This document shows positions 18,319-27,315 of a stretch of 64,000 bases of DNA, piece by piece. Within the stretch, counting starts at the first letter, position 1. Each line of letters begins with the position of its first letter. Position numbers and translations under genes: made by a program. The stretch comes from Hydrurus foetidus (taxonomy: Eukaryota), in contig UYFQ01000732.1 of assembly GCA_900617105.1 (NCBI GenBank), forward strand, positions 1 to 64,000, read 5' to 3'. The notes beneath the pieces are model-generated. The model searched no databases, was not told the DNA's origin, and saw only the letters and a list, made by a program, of their open reading frames with translations.

Positions 18319-19814
18319 GCACTAAGCTCCTGTTGGTAAACACCCAAAGACATGGAAACAATGTTTTCTTCGCTGTACTGAGACGGTAGCAGGTAGCCGC
18401 GTATTTGGCCCTCGCCCATGACCATGATGCGGTCGCACATGCCCATGATTTCCTGGTGGTCTGAAGAGACCATCACAATGGCCTTGCCCTGCGCAGCCAA
18501 TGCGTTCACCAGTGTGTAAATTTCTGCTTTGGCGCCCACGTCCACACCGCGCGTGGGTTCGTCCAGAATGATGACTTGGCCCCGCGCATGGAACCACTTG
18601 GCCAGCACCACTTTCTGCTGGTTTCCGCCAGACAGGGACGAAACATCCGCATCCATATCGCGCGCCTTGACCCGCAGGTCGGCCATCAAGGCAGAGACGG
18701 TATCGCGTTCATGCTTGCGCTTGATGAAGCCTAGGCCACTGCTCACATCACGCAGATTGGCCATGGTGCTGTTGAGCTTGATGGGCATGGTCAATACCAC
18801 CCCCTGCGTTTTGCGGTCTTCAGGCACCAGCCCTATACCCGCGGCTACGGCTTGTTGCGTGCTTTTGGGGGTGACGTCTACGCCGTCGATTTCCACATGC
18901 CCCGAGGCATGCGCATCGGCACCAAAGATCAGGCGCATCAACTCGGTCCGACCGGAACCGATCAACCCGCCAACGCCCAGCACTTCCCCTGCGCGCACAT
19001 CAAATGAAGCCCCCTGAAGTTGCCCAGGATGCGCCAGATTAGCCACACGCATTTTGACAGCGCCGAGTACGACGCCGTGGCGAGGCGGAAACATGGCAGC
19101 CAGAGGACGACCCACCATGAGCTTGATCAGCCCGTCCATTTCTACGTCAACGGGTTTAATGGTGTCTACAGTCTGCCCGTCCTTTAGCACCGTGATGCGA
19201 TCTGCAATTTCAAACACCTCGTCGAGCCGGTGCGAAATGTAGACCACGCCAACGCCACGCTTTTGCAGGCCGCGCACAATATCCAGCAGGCGCCGTGCGT
19301 CGGACGGCGACAGCGAGGCGGTGGGCTCATCCAGCACCAGCAGCTTGGCATCCAGACTTAACGCCTTGGCAATCTCCACCACCTGCCGTTGTGCGGCAGA
19401 TAACTGCGATACCGGTTGCGCAGGATCGATGTGAAAGCCCAGGCCTTCGATCAACTCTGCTGCGCGCTTTTTCATATCGGTCCAGCGCATGAATACAGGA
19501 AGCTGGCACAAGAACACGTTTTCTGCGACCGATAGATCGGGCGCCAGCGCCGTTTCCTGGTGGATGAGCGCAATGCCGCGCTGGATAGCGTCTTGTGGCG
19601 ATTTCAGAATGACGGTTTCACCGCCAAGTTGCATGCTGCCGCCATCGGGTTTGTAATTACCGGCAATGACTTTCATCATGGTCGATTTGCCCGCACCGTT
19701 CTCGCCCACGAGGGCATGCACCTCGCCCGCTTCGACCGAAAAATCCACGCCTTTTAGTGCATGCACGCCACCAAATTTTTTCTGGATTCCATTTAAGGCA
19801 ATTAGAGTCGCCAA
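18315..19814 (-). CDS. Sugar ABC transporter ATP-binding protein (double NBD)
   Basis: GENGAGKST, LDEPT, LSGGNQQK; probable TTG start at 19814 with GAGGAG RBS. Confidence 0.92.
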   Translation of the reverse strand: MATLIALNGIQKKFGGVHALKGVDFSVEAGEVHALVGENGAGKSTMMKVIAGNYKPDGGSMQLGGETVILKSPQDAIQRGIALIHQETALAPDLSVAENVFLCQLPVFMRWTDMKKRAAELIEGLGFHIDPAQPVSQLSAAQRQVVEIAKALSLDAKLLVLDEPTASLSPSDARRLLDIVRGLQKRGVGVVYISHRLDEVFEIADRITVLKDGQTVDTIKPVDVEMDGLIKLMVGRPLAAMFPPRHGVVLGAVKMRVANLAHPGQLQGASFDVRAGEVLGVGGLIGSGRTELMRLIFGADAHASGHVEIDGVDVTPKSTQQAVAAGIGLVPEDRKTQGVVLTMPIKLNSTMANLRDVSSGLGFIKRKHERDTVSALMADLRVKARDMDADVSSLSGGNQQKVVLAKWFHARGQVIILDEPTRGVDVGAKAEIYTLVNALAAQGKAIVMVSSDHQEIMGMCDRIMVMGEGQIRGYLLPSQYSEENIVSMSLGVYQQELSA

Positions 19815-19842
19815 TAGCCTTCTCCTCAAGTCAATCGCCAAA

Positions 19843-19872
19843 CACCGCACCGTGGCGAACCACGGCGCGGTG
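19843..19872 (-). other. Intra-operon stem-loop after the binding-protein gene (mRNA stabiliser or attenuator)
   Basis: CACCGCACCGTGG-cgaa-CCACGGCGCGGTG; UUCG loop on the transcript; no U-tract. Confidence 0.55.
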
Positions 19873-19880
19873 ACCCATCA

Positions 19881-20864
19881 TCAGAACACCGCTTTGGGGT
19901 TGTAGAACTTGTCTACGTTGCTTTTGGAAATGGCCGCCGGAGTGGTCAGGGTTTGTTTGGGCACGTCTTTGACCTCACCCTTCACGACCTTGATTCCCAG
20001 GTCAACCGCCGTGCGGGCAACCAGGGCCGGGTCATTCAGTCCGGTTACGCCGTACTTGCCCTCCTTGATCAGCGCCAGTGCTTCTTTCTGTGCGTCGGCA
20101 GCGGCGACCAACAGGATACCGGTACGCCCTGCGCTTTCAATGGCGCGGCGCGCACCCAGAACCATGCTGTCGTTTTCGCCCAGAACCATGTTGATGTCCT
20201 TGTTGGCCACCAGCAAATCTTCCATCGCTTTGAGGCCGCCTTCGTCACCCCAGGCACCCCAGCCTTGTCCCACCACGGTCACATCGGCCTTGCCGAACTT
20301 ACGCAATTGCGCCTCCATGATGCCACTGAGCACCCCCAAGCGACGCTCCTGGCCTACGGGGTTTCCCTTTTCACCCGACAGCAAAGCAATCTTCAGCGGC
20401 TTGTTACCCACCTCATCGATGACCCAATTGCCCACCAGTGCACCATTGGCACTGTTAGAGGATTGCACTTGTGTAACGTAGTTGGCCTTGGGGTTCAGGG
20501 TGCTGTCAATCACGATGACCTTAACGCCCTTGGCACTGGCGTTGTTCACTGCATTAACCATGCCCTCGGAGTCTGCCGGATTGATGATCAGGAGCTTCAC
20601 GCCACGGGTGACCAAGTCCTCCACATCAGAAATTTGTTTTTGCAACTTTCCTTGGGCGTCAGTGGCCAGAACTTCATAACCCAACTCTTTGCCGCGTGCC
20701 TTGGCAGACTCCATTTGCGCGGCGAAATAAGGCGCCGACAAGGTCTTCATGGATACACCGATCTTGAAGGCAGCTGTTTGCGCCATCGCTTCCGGGCTGA
20801 ATGCCAGTGTTGTTACGGTGAGGGATGCCCCCAAGAGGGTAAGTGCGCGTCGTTTGATGTTCAT
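19881..20864 (-). CDS. Sugar ABC transporter periplasmic binding protein (RbsB-like)
   Basis: Signal peptide; APYF, QISDVEDL, IDS, ERRLG, ENDSMVLGA; AGGAG RBS. Confidence 0.92.
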   Translation of the reverse strand: MNIKRRALTLLGASLTVTTLAFSPEAMAQTAAFKIGVSMKTLSAPYFAAQMESAKARGKELGYEVLATDAQGKLQKQISDVEDLVTRGVKLLIINPADSEGMVNAVNNASAKGVKVIVIDSTLNPKANYVTQVQSSNSANGALVGNWVIDEVGNKPLKIALLSGEKGNPVGQERRLGVLSGIMEAQLRKFGKADVTVVGQGWGAWGDEGGLKAMEDLLVANKDINMVLGENDSMVLGARRAIESAGRTGILLVAAADAQKEALALIKEGKYGVTGLNDPALVARTAVDLGIKVVKGEVKDVPKQTLTTPAAISKSNVDKFYNPKAVF

Positions 20865-20916
20865 GTCTATCTCCTGTGTTATCTGAATGGGAAATTGCCG
20901 GCCTGCAGACCAGCGA

Positions 20917-21876
20917 TCATTGTTTTGCTGGTTTCCCGGCATGTTCCGCAATGCGGCAGAGTTCCTCGAACTCGTTGCCACTCACGGGAACTTCGATGTG
21001 GAAGACTTCGGCAATAACTCGGGTCCATCCGTAAATGAAATACACCCAGCCGTCTTCCACGTGTAGGTGGCGCGTTTGCGCCTGGCGTCTGGCCTGCTGC
21101 AAGAACTGCAGGTCGCCGCGGTAATTTAGTTCCCACACCAGAGCTGCCTCAGGGAATACGCAAGCATCCGTGAGCGGGGAACCGGGTGTGTCCTTGCCCA
21201 TGCCGGTGGCGTTGACCAACAGGGCGCCGGGACGCAGTCCTAGAAGGATGGAGTCGTTGTCCGTGGCCGTTTGCACAAGGACGTATTCGCATGGGATGCC
21301 GGTAGCCCATGACGCATGCATGCGCTCAATTTCATGCAACCGGTTAAGAGAACGGTCGCTCACAACAACACGCGCCGGGCGGTCCGCACCACGACTTTTC
21401 TGCATCAAATGCCAAGTGAGCGCAATCGTCGATCCACCAGCACCCATGGCAAAGACCTCGGCCCGGGATTTGGCAAAGTGGCCAACGGGAACAAAGCTGT
21501 CCAGCGTCAGCCCGGCGGTAATAGGGTCCTTGGCGTGGCAAACAAACTGGCCGTTTAACTTGGACAGGCAACTGGTTTCGTCCAGACGCTTGGCGTGTGC
21601 GTCCACCGCATCGAACAGATCCGTGCAAGCCGCATACAGATCAATCTTGTGTGTAGTGACCAGAGCCCCCAGAGAGAGCGGGTCATTCTTGAGAAAACTG
21701 ACCACTTCCCGGTAGTCCGCACGGGGCGCATGCAGGGGGAAATCGATGCCCTTGATGTCCACGTCGTGCAGTCCCAAATGCGTCGCCCAGTTTGGAAACA
21801 CCTTCATGATGGAGCTTTTTTGTGTGCTCACACCAATGAAATAGAAGGTCGGCCGAGTTGCCGCAGTCAAGTTCAT
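20917..21876 (-). CDS. Shikimate-dehydrogenase (AroE)-fold protein of unknown substrate
   Basis: GALVTTHK, KD, MGAGGS, VNATGMG, ELNY and EDGW fall in the order of the AroE motifs but are diverged. Confidence 0.7.
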   Translation of the reverse strand: MNLTAATRPTFYFIGVSTQKSSIMKVFPNWATHLGLHDVDIKGIDFPLHAPRADYREVVSFLKNDPLSLGALVTTHKIDLYAACTDLFDAVDAHAKRLDETSCLSKLNGQFVCHAKDPITAGLTLDSFVPVGHFAKSRAEVFAMGAGGSTIALTWHLMQKSRGADRPARVVVSDRSLNRLHEIERMHASWATGIPCEYVLVQTATDNDSILLGLRPGALLVNATGMGKDTPGSPLTDACVFPEAALVWELNYRGDLQFLQQARRQAQTRHLHVEDGWVYFIYGWTRVIAEVFHIEVPVSGNEFEELCRIAEHAGKPAKQ

Positions 21877-22490
21877 GCACCAGCCCCTTGCTCCGCCGGG
21901 TGTGCACGCGGCTTGTAACTAGTGTTGTCGGTGGTTTTCCAGCCGTCGTCGCCGGTCTTCACCACACGAAGGCGCATGCCGTTGGAGCGGGCAATGATGT
22001 CGTAGTCTTGTCCGGAGTCGGCGGGGTAGCAAAAGAGGGTGACAAAGTCAGTGCTGCCTACGTTGACCGAACGGTGGATCCAATAGGGCGGGACGTAACA
22101 GACGGTGTGGGCAAGCATTTCTACTACCCGGGTTTGCCCATCAGGTGACTCCATCAACATCACGCCCTTGCCCGCCAGACAGAAATACATTTCTGGACGA
22201 TCTGCGATGCCATGAATGTGGCCACGGGTCATGAAGTATTCGCCATCCACATTGCCGGGGGACATGCGCGTCACACCTGTGATGAGGTCGCCCCCTTTGC
22301 TGCTCGGTTTGTGGTCCGTAACTTCGTAGACGAGGTCATCCGCGTGATCCGCAGCCATGGCTGTAAACACAGCGGTGTTGGCGTATTGCCCACGCATGTC
22401 CCCCAGCTTCTTTTGGTAGCTGGACTCAGTGCCACACATCAAACCGGCTGACGCATCCACGGCAAACGATCTTGGTTCCACCCACTTCAT
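21873..22490 (-). CDS. Cupin-type (archaeal-type) glucose-6-phosphate isomerase homolog
   Basis: VYEV, EYFMTRGHIH, E-x-Y, YVPPYWIHRSVNVG, YPADSGQDY. Confidence 0.85.
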   Translation of the reverse strand: MKWVEPRSFAVDASAGLMCGTESSYQKKLGDMRGQYANTAVFTAMAADHADDLVYEVTDHKPSSKGGDLITGVTRMSPGNVDGEYFMTRGHIHGIADRPEMYFCLAGKGVMLMESPDGQTRVVEMLAHTVCYVPPYWIHRSVNVGSTDFVTLFCYPADSGQDYDIIARSNGMRLRVVKTGDDGWKTTDNTSYKPRAHPAEQGAGA

Positions 22491-22512
22491 TCGAACACCT
22501 CATTCAATATTT

Positions 22513-22618
22513 AACGTTAGTTTTGCAAATGATAATTTGCTTTATTTGACCTGAAATTGGGGAATACCCTTGTTTTATAATTTTTTCACTATTGTTAGTA
22601 GTTTGTTAAACTAACGTT
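22513..22618. promoter_or_regulatory. Candidate RpiR/HexR operators in the divergent promoter
   Basis: AACGTTAGTTT (22513) and its exact reverse complement AAACTAACGTT (22608); palindrome TAGTTT-gtt-AAACTA at 22599-22613. Confidence 0.55.
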
Positions 22619-22648
22619 CATAGAAATTTTATTCACTCCCAACACGCC

Positions 22649-24061
22649 ATGACTACAGCCACCACCCTGCCTCCTAGTTCAGTTGTTGAAGCTCTCCTTC
22701 ACGCCCTGGGCCCGCATGTCGTCCAGCTACCGGCGGACTATGGGAACCGCAAACACGCGGACTCCAGCCGCATGGCCTCTGCAGAGCCTTTGGTGCTGCT
22801 GCGCCCCACTTCTACAGCGCAAATCGTTCAAGCAATGCGTATTTGCCATGCGCATGGACAGCCAGTTGTCACGCAAGGTGGATTGACAGGGCTTTCTGGT
22901 GGCGCCTGCCTCACAGGAGGAGAAATCGCCCTATCCATGGAACGTATGCGGGGAATTGAATCGATTGACGTGGCGTCTTCAACAATGACCGTTTTGGCGG
23001 GAACTCCGTTGCAAACCGTGCAAGAAGCAGCAGAGGAAGCGGGCTTCATGTTTCCACTGGATCTGGGCGCGCGCGGCAGTTGCAGCATTGGTGGCAATCT
23101 GGCCACCAATGCGGGTGGCAACCGCGTCATCAAATACGGAATGACCCGTGACCAGGTGCTGGATATGGAAGTCGTTCTGGCCAACGGAGACGTGATGGGT
23201 GGGCACCATCGCATGATCAAGAACAACACAGGTTATGACCTGCGCCACCTCTTCATTGGTAGCGAAGGCACGCTGGGGGTGATCACCAAGGCCATTCTCA
23301 AGCTACGCCCCAAGCCAACCGCTGTATCCACTGCGTTTTGCGGCCTGCCCAGTTTCGCTGCGGTCATTGCCTTCCTCTCCCGCGCGCAATCGGAGTTGCC
23401 CGCTGCGGCCTCTGCCTTCGAAGTCATGTGGCCAAGCTATTACAACTTCGTGCTCGAGCGCTTACCCGAGTTGGGTGAACCCTTGACTGGGCGACACGCT
23501 TTTTATGTGCTTTTGGAAAGCAGTGGTGTAGATGCGAGCAACCAAGACGAAGTATTCGAGCGCTTTTTGGGCAAATGCCTGGAGGATGAAATATTGGAGG
23601 ATGCCGCCATTGCCACGTCGCAAGCAGATGCACTGGCGTTCTGGGCCATTCGAGATGCTCCTGGCGAATACCAGCGCCTTATTCCCGGTCGCGTTTCATT
23701 CGACATCAGCTTTGCCATCTCCGAGGTTGAAGCGGCCATTCAGCGTTGCGAAACCGCACTGCGGGGGCGTTGGCCCAAGGCAACCATTCTCATCTATGGA
23801 CACTTGGGCGATGGAAACATCCACATCGTGGTGCAAGAGCCTGACTGGCCCCTGGGCAGCGCCGCTGAAGTACAGACCGTGGTGTATGGAATCACCGGCG
23901 AACTGAATGGATCGGTATCCGCAGAACATGGCATCGGTCTGAAACGCAAGCACGTGCTAGGCCTGACGCGCTCTGCGGCTGAATTGGATGTGATGCGGGC
24001 GATTAAACGTGCCATCGACCCGAAGAATCTGCTCAACCCCGGAAAGCTGTTAGATTTGTAA
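22649..24061 (+). CDS. FAD-linked oxidoreductase (GlcD/D-lactate/D-2-hydroxyglutarate dehydrogenase family)
   Basis: QGGLTGLSGG, IGGNLATNAGG, GSEGTLG, GHLGDGNIH, SAEHGIG, DPKNLLNPGK. Confidence 0.9.
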   Translation: MTTATTLPPSSVVEALLHALGPHVVQLPADYGNRKHADSSRMASAEPLVLLRPTSTAQIVQAMRICHAHGQPVVTQGGLTGLSGGACLTGGEIALSMERMRGIESIDVASSTMTVLAGTPLQTVQEAAEEAGFMFPLDLGARGSCSIGGNLATNAGGNRVIKYGMTRDQVLDMEVVLANGDVMGGHHRMIKNNTGYDLRHLFIGSEGTLGVITKAILKLRPKPTAVSTAFCGLPSFAAVIAFLSRAQSELPAAASAFEVMWPSYYNFVLERLPELGEPLTGRHAFYVLLESSGVDASNQDEVFERFLGKCLEDEILEDAAIATSQADALAFWAIRDAPGEYQRLIPGRVSFDISFAISEVEAAIQRCETALRGRWPKATILIYGHLGDGNIHIVVQEPDWPLGSAAEVQTVVYGITGELNGSVSAEHGIGLKRKHVLGLTRSAAELDVMRAIKRAIDPKNLLNPGKLLDL

Positions 24062-24065
24062 ATCC

Positions 24066-24923
24066 ATGGAAAAAGAAAACATTCTGGCCTATATCGAGCG
24101 CATCCGGCCCACGTTGAAACGAGGCAGTTTGAATGTGGCCAACGCGGTATTGCACGACCCCGCGTTCATAACGCAGGCCAGCCTCGCTGATTTGAGTGCA
24201 CGAGCCGGTGTCAGTGAGCCTACGGTTCTGCGCTTTTGCAACACAATGGGCTGCGAAGGATTTACCCAGCTCAAACTGCGGATTGTCCAAAGCCTGGCCC
24301 TGGGGGCACCGTTGGCGCACTCAGAGCTGCGCGAGAAAGACTCTCCGCAAACCGTCGCCACCAAGATTTTTGACCACACCATTACCAGCCTGGATTGGAC
24401 GCGGAAAAAGCTCGACCAAGAGGCCATAGCAAAAGCCGTAGCGATCTTGCTCGTGGCCAAGCGCATTGAATTTTTTGGTTTTGGCGCCTCCGGCATCGTG
24501 GCGCAGGATGCGCAACAAAAGTTTCCTTTGTTTGGTGTGCCCTGCATTGCACATCAGGATTCGCATCAACAACTGATTGCGGCATCCATGCTGGGCCCGC
24601 AGGACGCAGTGATTGCCATTTCCAACACCGGCTCCACACGCTCATTGATTGAGGTGGTGCGCACGGTCAAAGAGCGAGGGGCGTCGGTGGTGGTCATCAC
24701 CGGATCCCAAAGCCCCATCACCCGCCATGCCGACATTTCCATCATTGTCGAAACTCTGGAAAACACCAATATCTACACCCCAACGATATCCAGATTGGCC
24801 GCGCTTGTTGTGATGGACATCCTTGCAATCAGCGTCGCCCTCCAACGTGGTGCGGGCCATTTGCGAGACGTCCAAGATATGAAGCGGCACTTGGCAGAAG
24901 TCAGGATGACCGGGGTTATTTAA
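24066..24923 (+). CDS. RpiR/HexR-family regulator (HTH plus SIS)
   Basis: VSEPTVLRFC, GFGASG, ISNTG. Confidence 0.9.
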   Translation: MEKENILAYIERIRPTLKRGSLNVANAVLHDPAFITQASLADLSARAGVSEPTVLRFCNTMGCEGFTQLKLRIVQSLALGAPLAHSELREKDSPQTVATKIFDHTITSLDWTRKKLDQEAIAKAVAILLVAKRIEFFGFGASGIVAQDAQQKFPLFGVPCIAHQDSHQQLIAASMLGPQDAVIAISNTGSTRSLIEVVRTVKERGASVVVITGSQSPITRHADISIIVETLENTNIYTPTISRLAALVVMDILAISVALQRGAGHLRDVQDMKRHLAEVRMTGVI

Positions 24924-24965
24924 CTTCGGCACACCGCTACATCACATGCTTAACAGCCCAGGCCG

Positions 24966-25109
24966 CTATGAGAAACGTCCCCAGGCAAACCAGGCCACAC
25001 CAACGCCCATGCAACCGAAGCTCTCGCAGTACAGGCGCCAGATAACCACCGCCGCAGCCAGCAGCGCCGCCACCGCGATTACGTACAGACTGACCAGTGC
25101 TTTCATCAT
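24966..25109 (-). pseudogene. 47-aa membrane ORF, possibly truncated at the island edge
   Basis: Hand translation MMKALVSLYVIAVAALLAAAVVIWRLYCESFGCMGVGVAWFAWGRFS*; host-like codons; ends partway through a second hydrophobic segment. Confidence 0.5.
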
Positions 25110-25140
25110 GCCGACAGCCTAACGCAGAAGAGATTCATGA

Positions 25141-25196
25141 ACAATAGGCCTATAGCTCCCGTATCCATTGCGCCAGCAGCTCCTTTTTTTATAGCA
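25141..25196 (+). repeat. 56-bp dispersed repeat, copy 4
   Basis: acaataggcctatagctcccgtatccattgcgccagcagctcctttttttatagca. Confidence 0.85.
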
Positions 25197-25210
25197 TCTA
25201 ATCAAATGCA

Positions 25211-26113
25211 CTAAGCGTTCAGCGCAGTATCTTGCCGCATGCGCTCCATCGCCAGGTCCAGAAAAGCGCGTACGCGCTGGGGTACCTGGCGCCCCTCGCG
25301 GTGCACCACGTGCACGGGCAGCGGATCGGGTTCGCAGTCGGCAAGCACCGTCTTCAGGCGGCCAGCGCGCAGGTGCTCGGCCACCTGGTACGACAGCAAG
25401 CGCGTCAGGCCAAAGCCAGCCACCGCGGCGGCCATGGCCGAGTCGTTGGTGCTGGTGATCATGCGGGCTTGCAGGCGCACGGTGCGCGGCTGGCCCTGCT
25501 CCACCAGCTTCCATTCGGGGTTGGGGGTGACGCTGGCGGCCGACACGATGGTGTGACCGTGCAACGCATCAGGCGTGGCCGGGACACCGTGCTGGGCCAG
25601 GTAGTCTGGCGACGCGCAGATGACGCGGCGCACCTGCCCCACGCGGATGGCCTGCATGGTGGAGTCGGGCAGCTCGCCAATGCGCACCGCCACGTCAACG
25701 CCTTCGTCCATCAGGTTCACCACGCGGTCCAAAAACAGGCAAGACGCGCTGACCTCTGGGTAGCGCGAGAGGTATTCGGTGACGATGGGGGTGACATACA
25801 AGCTGCCAAAGAGCGCTGGCGCGGTCACGGTCAGCCGCCCGCGCGGGGCGGCGTGCAGGCCGGTGACGGACTCATCCGCCTCCCGCAGTTCCGCCAGGAT
25901 GCGACGGCAATCCTGCGCGTAGCGCTCACCCGCATCCGTCATGCGCACGGTGCGCGTGGTGCGGCTCAGCAAGCGCAGCCCCAGGTGCGCCTCTAGCTCG
26001 TTGATGGCCCGCGTAACCGCGGGGGGCGACATGCGGAGCTTGCGCGCAGCCCCGGCAAAGCCCTGGGTGTCCACGACCGCGACAAAGACATTGATGAGGT
26101 GAAACCGGTCCAT
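25211..26113 (-). CDS. LysR-family regulator
   Basis: FVAVVDTQGFAGAARKL...LEAHLGLRLLSRTTR; TTCC-N7-GGAA site at 26118-26132. Confidence 0.92.
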   Translation of the reverse strand: MDRFHLINVFVAVVDTQGFAGAARKLRMSPPAVTRAINELEAHLGLRLLSRTTRTVRMTDAGERYAQDCRRILAELREADESVTGLHAAPRGRLTVTAPALFGSLYVTPIVTEYLSRYPEVSASCLFLDRVVNLMDEGVDVAVRIGELPDSTMQAIRVGQVRRVICASPDYLAQHGVPATPDALHGHTIVSAASVTPNPEWKLVEQGQPRTVRLQARMITSTNDSAMAAAVAGFGLTRLLSYQVAEHLRAGRLKTVLADCEPDPLPVHVVHREGRQVPQRVRAFLDLAMERMRQDTALNA

Positions 26114-26252
26114 ATTGTTCCGATAAGTGGAAGGATGAATTGATTTTATAGGCCGTTCTCATAGATCGGCGCAATCAATACAGTTCATTCATTCGCTGAA
26201 TCCCGGCGAATACCAGCCCTCCAGTTCAATCCGTTAATCCAAGGAAATCACC

Positions 26253-26801
26253 ATGTCCCGTATCAGCATCCCTACCGTCGACAACTCCCTCGCCGCTTCC
26301 AAGCCCCTGCTGGCCGCCGTGCAGCAGCAACTGGGCGTAGTGCCCAATCTGATGAAGCTGGTGGGCCACAGCCCCGCTGCGCTGGAAGGCTATCTGTCGC
26401 TCAGCGGCGCCCTGGGCAAAGGCAAGCTGAACGCCCAGCTGCGCGAACGCATTGCGCTAACGGTGGCCGAATACAACGGTTGCGACTACTGCCTATCGGC
26501 CCACGACTACCTGGGCCGCAACGTGGCCAAGGTGAGTGGTGCCGAACTGGAAGCCGCACGCGATGCCCGTTCGGAGGACGCACGCACCGAAGCGGCCCTG
26601 CAATTTGCACTGCGCGTGGCGCAGTCCCGCGGCCGTGTGAGCGACGCTGAGCTGGCCGCACTGCGCCTGGCTGGATTTGACGAAGCCAGCATCATCGAAA
26701 TCGTGGCCAACGTGGCCGTGAACGTGTTGACCAACTACATCAACAACGTGGCGCAAACCGATATCGACTTTCCCGTCGTGAACGCCAAGCTGGCTGCCTG
26801 A
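26253..26801 (+). CDS. AhpD/carboxymuconolactone-decarboxylase-family peroxidase-related protein
   Basis: ERIALTVAEYNGCDYCLSAH (E-x-CxxC-x3-H). Confidence 0.88.
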   Translation: MSRISIPTVDNSLAASKPLLAAVQQQLGVVPNLMKLVGHSPAALEGYLSLSGALGKGKLNAQLRERIALTVAEYNGCDYCLSAHDYLGRNVAKVSGAELEAARDARSEDARTEAALQFALRVAQSRGRVSDAELAALRLAGFDEASIIEIVANVAVNVLTNYINNVAQTDIDFPVVNAKLAA

Positions 26802-26816
26802 AGCACTGGAACAGCC

Positions 26817-27170
26817 ATGAACCTCGACACCGCCGTACAAACCCACGCACAGTGGAAGACCAAATTGCGCTCAGCCATCGGCAAGCGCGAACAGCTCGAT
26901 CTGGTGACACTGTCGCGCGATGACTGCTGTGAGTTGGGACAGTGGCTCCACGGCGATGGTCGGGTTCGCTACAGCGCGCTGGGCGCCCATGCAGACTGCG
27001 TGCACAAGCATGTGGTGTTTCACAGCGAGGTGACCAAGGTGGCCCGCGCCGTGAACGCGCAACAGTTCACGCAGGCCGAGGGCATGCTGGACGCTGGCAC
27101 ACCGTACGCCAAGGCCTCCAGCGCACTGAGCGTGTCCTTTCTGCAGCTGCGCAAGGACGCTGGCATTTAA
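26817..27170 (+). CDS. Standalone CZB (chemoreceptor zinc-binding) domain protein
   Basis: HAQWK, CELGQWL and HVVFH give the 3His/1Cys CZB signature; 117 aa with no output domain. Confidence 0.85.
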   Translation: MNLDTAVQTHAQWKTKLRSAIGKREQLDLVTLSRDDCCELGQWLHGDGRVRYSALGAHADCVHKHVVFHSEVTKVARAVNAQQFTQAEGMLDAGTPYAKASSALSVSFLQLRKDAGI

Positions 27171-27315
27171 CCCACCAGCAGGATTTGCCATGACCCACAC
27201 ACCGCCCCACTCCAGCACTGCGGCTGGCCAACCGGCTTTCTATCTCCAGCGGCAACCTGTCGGAGAAGCCCAAGGCGCAGCAGTTGGATCAGCTGTGATC
27301 CAGGCAGCCCGGCGG

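Noticed and set aside
27190..27310. ORF start after CZB with an RBS, possibly a glutathione S-transferase 5' remnant
   Set aside because: Similarity is only impressionistic and the frame runs antisense into cheY.
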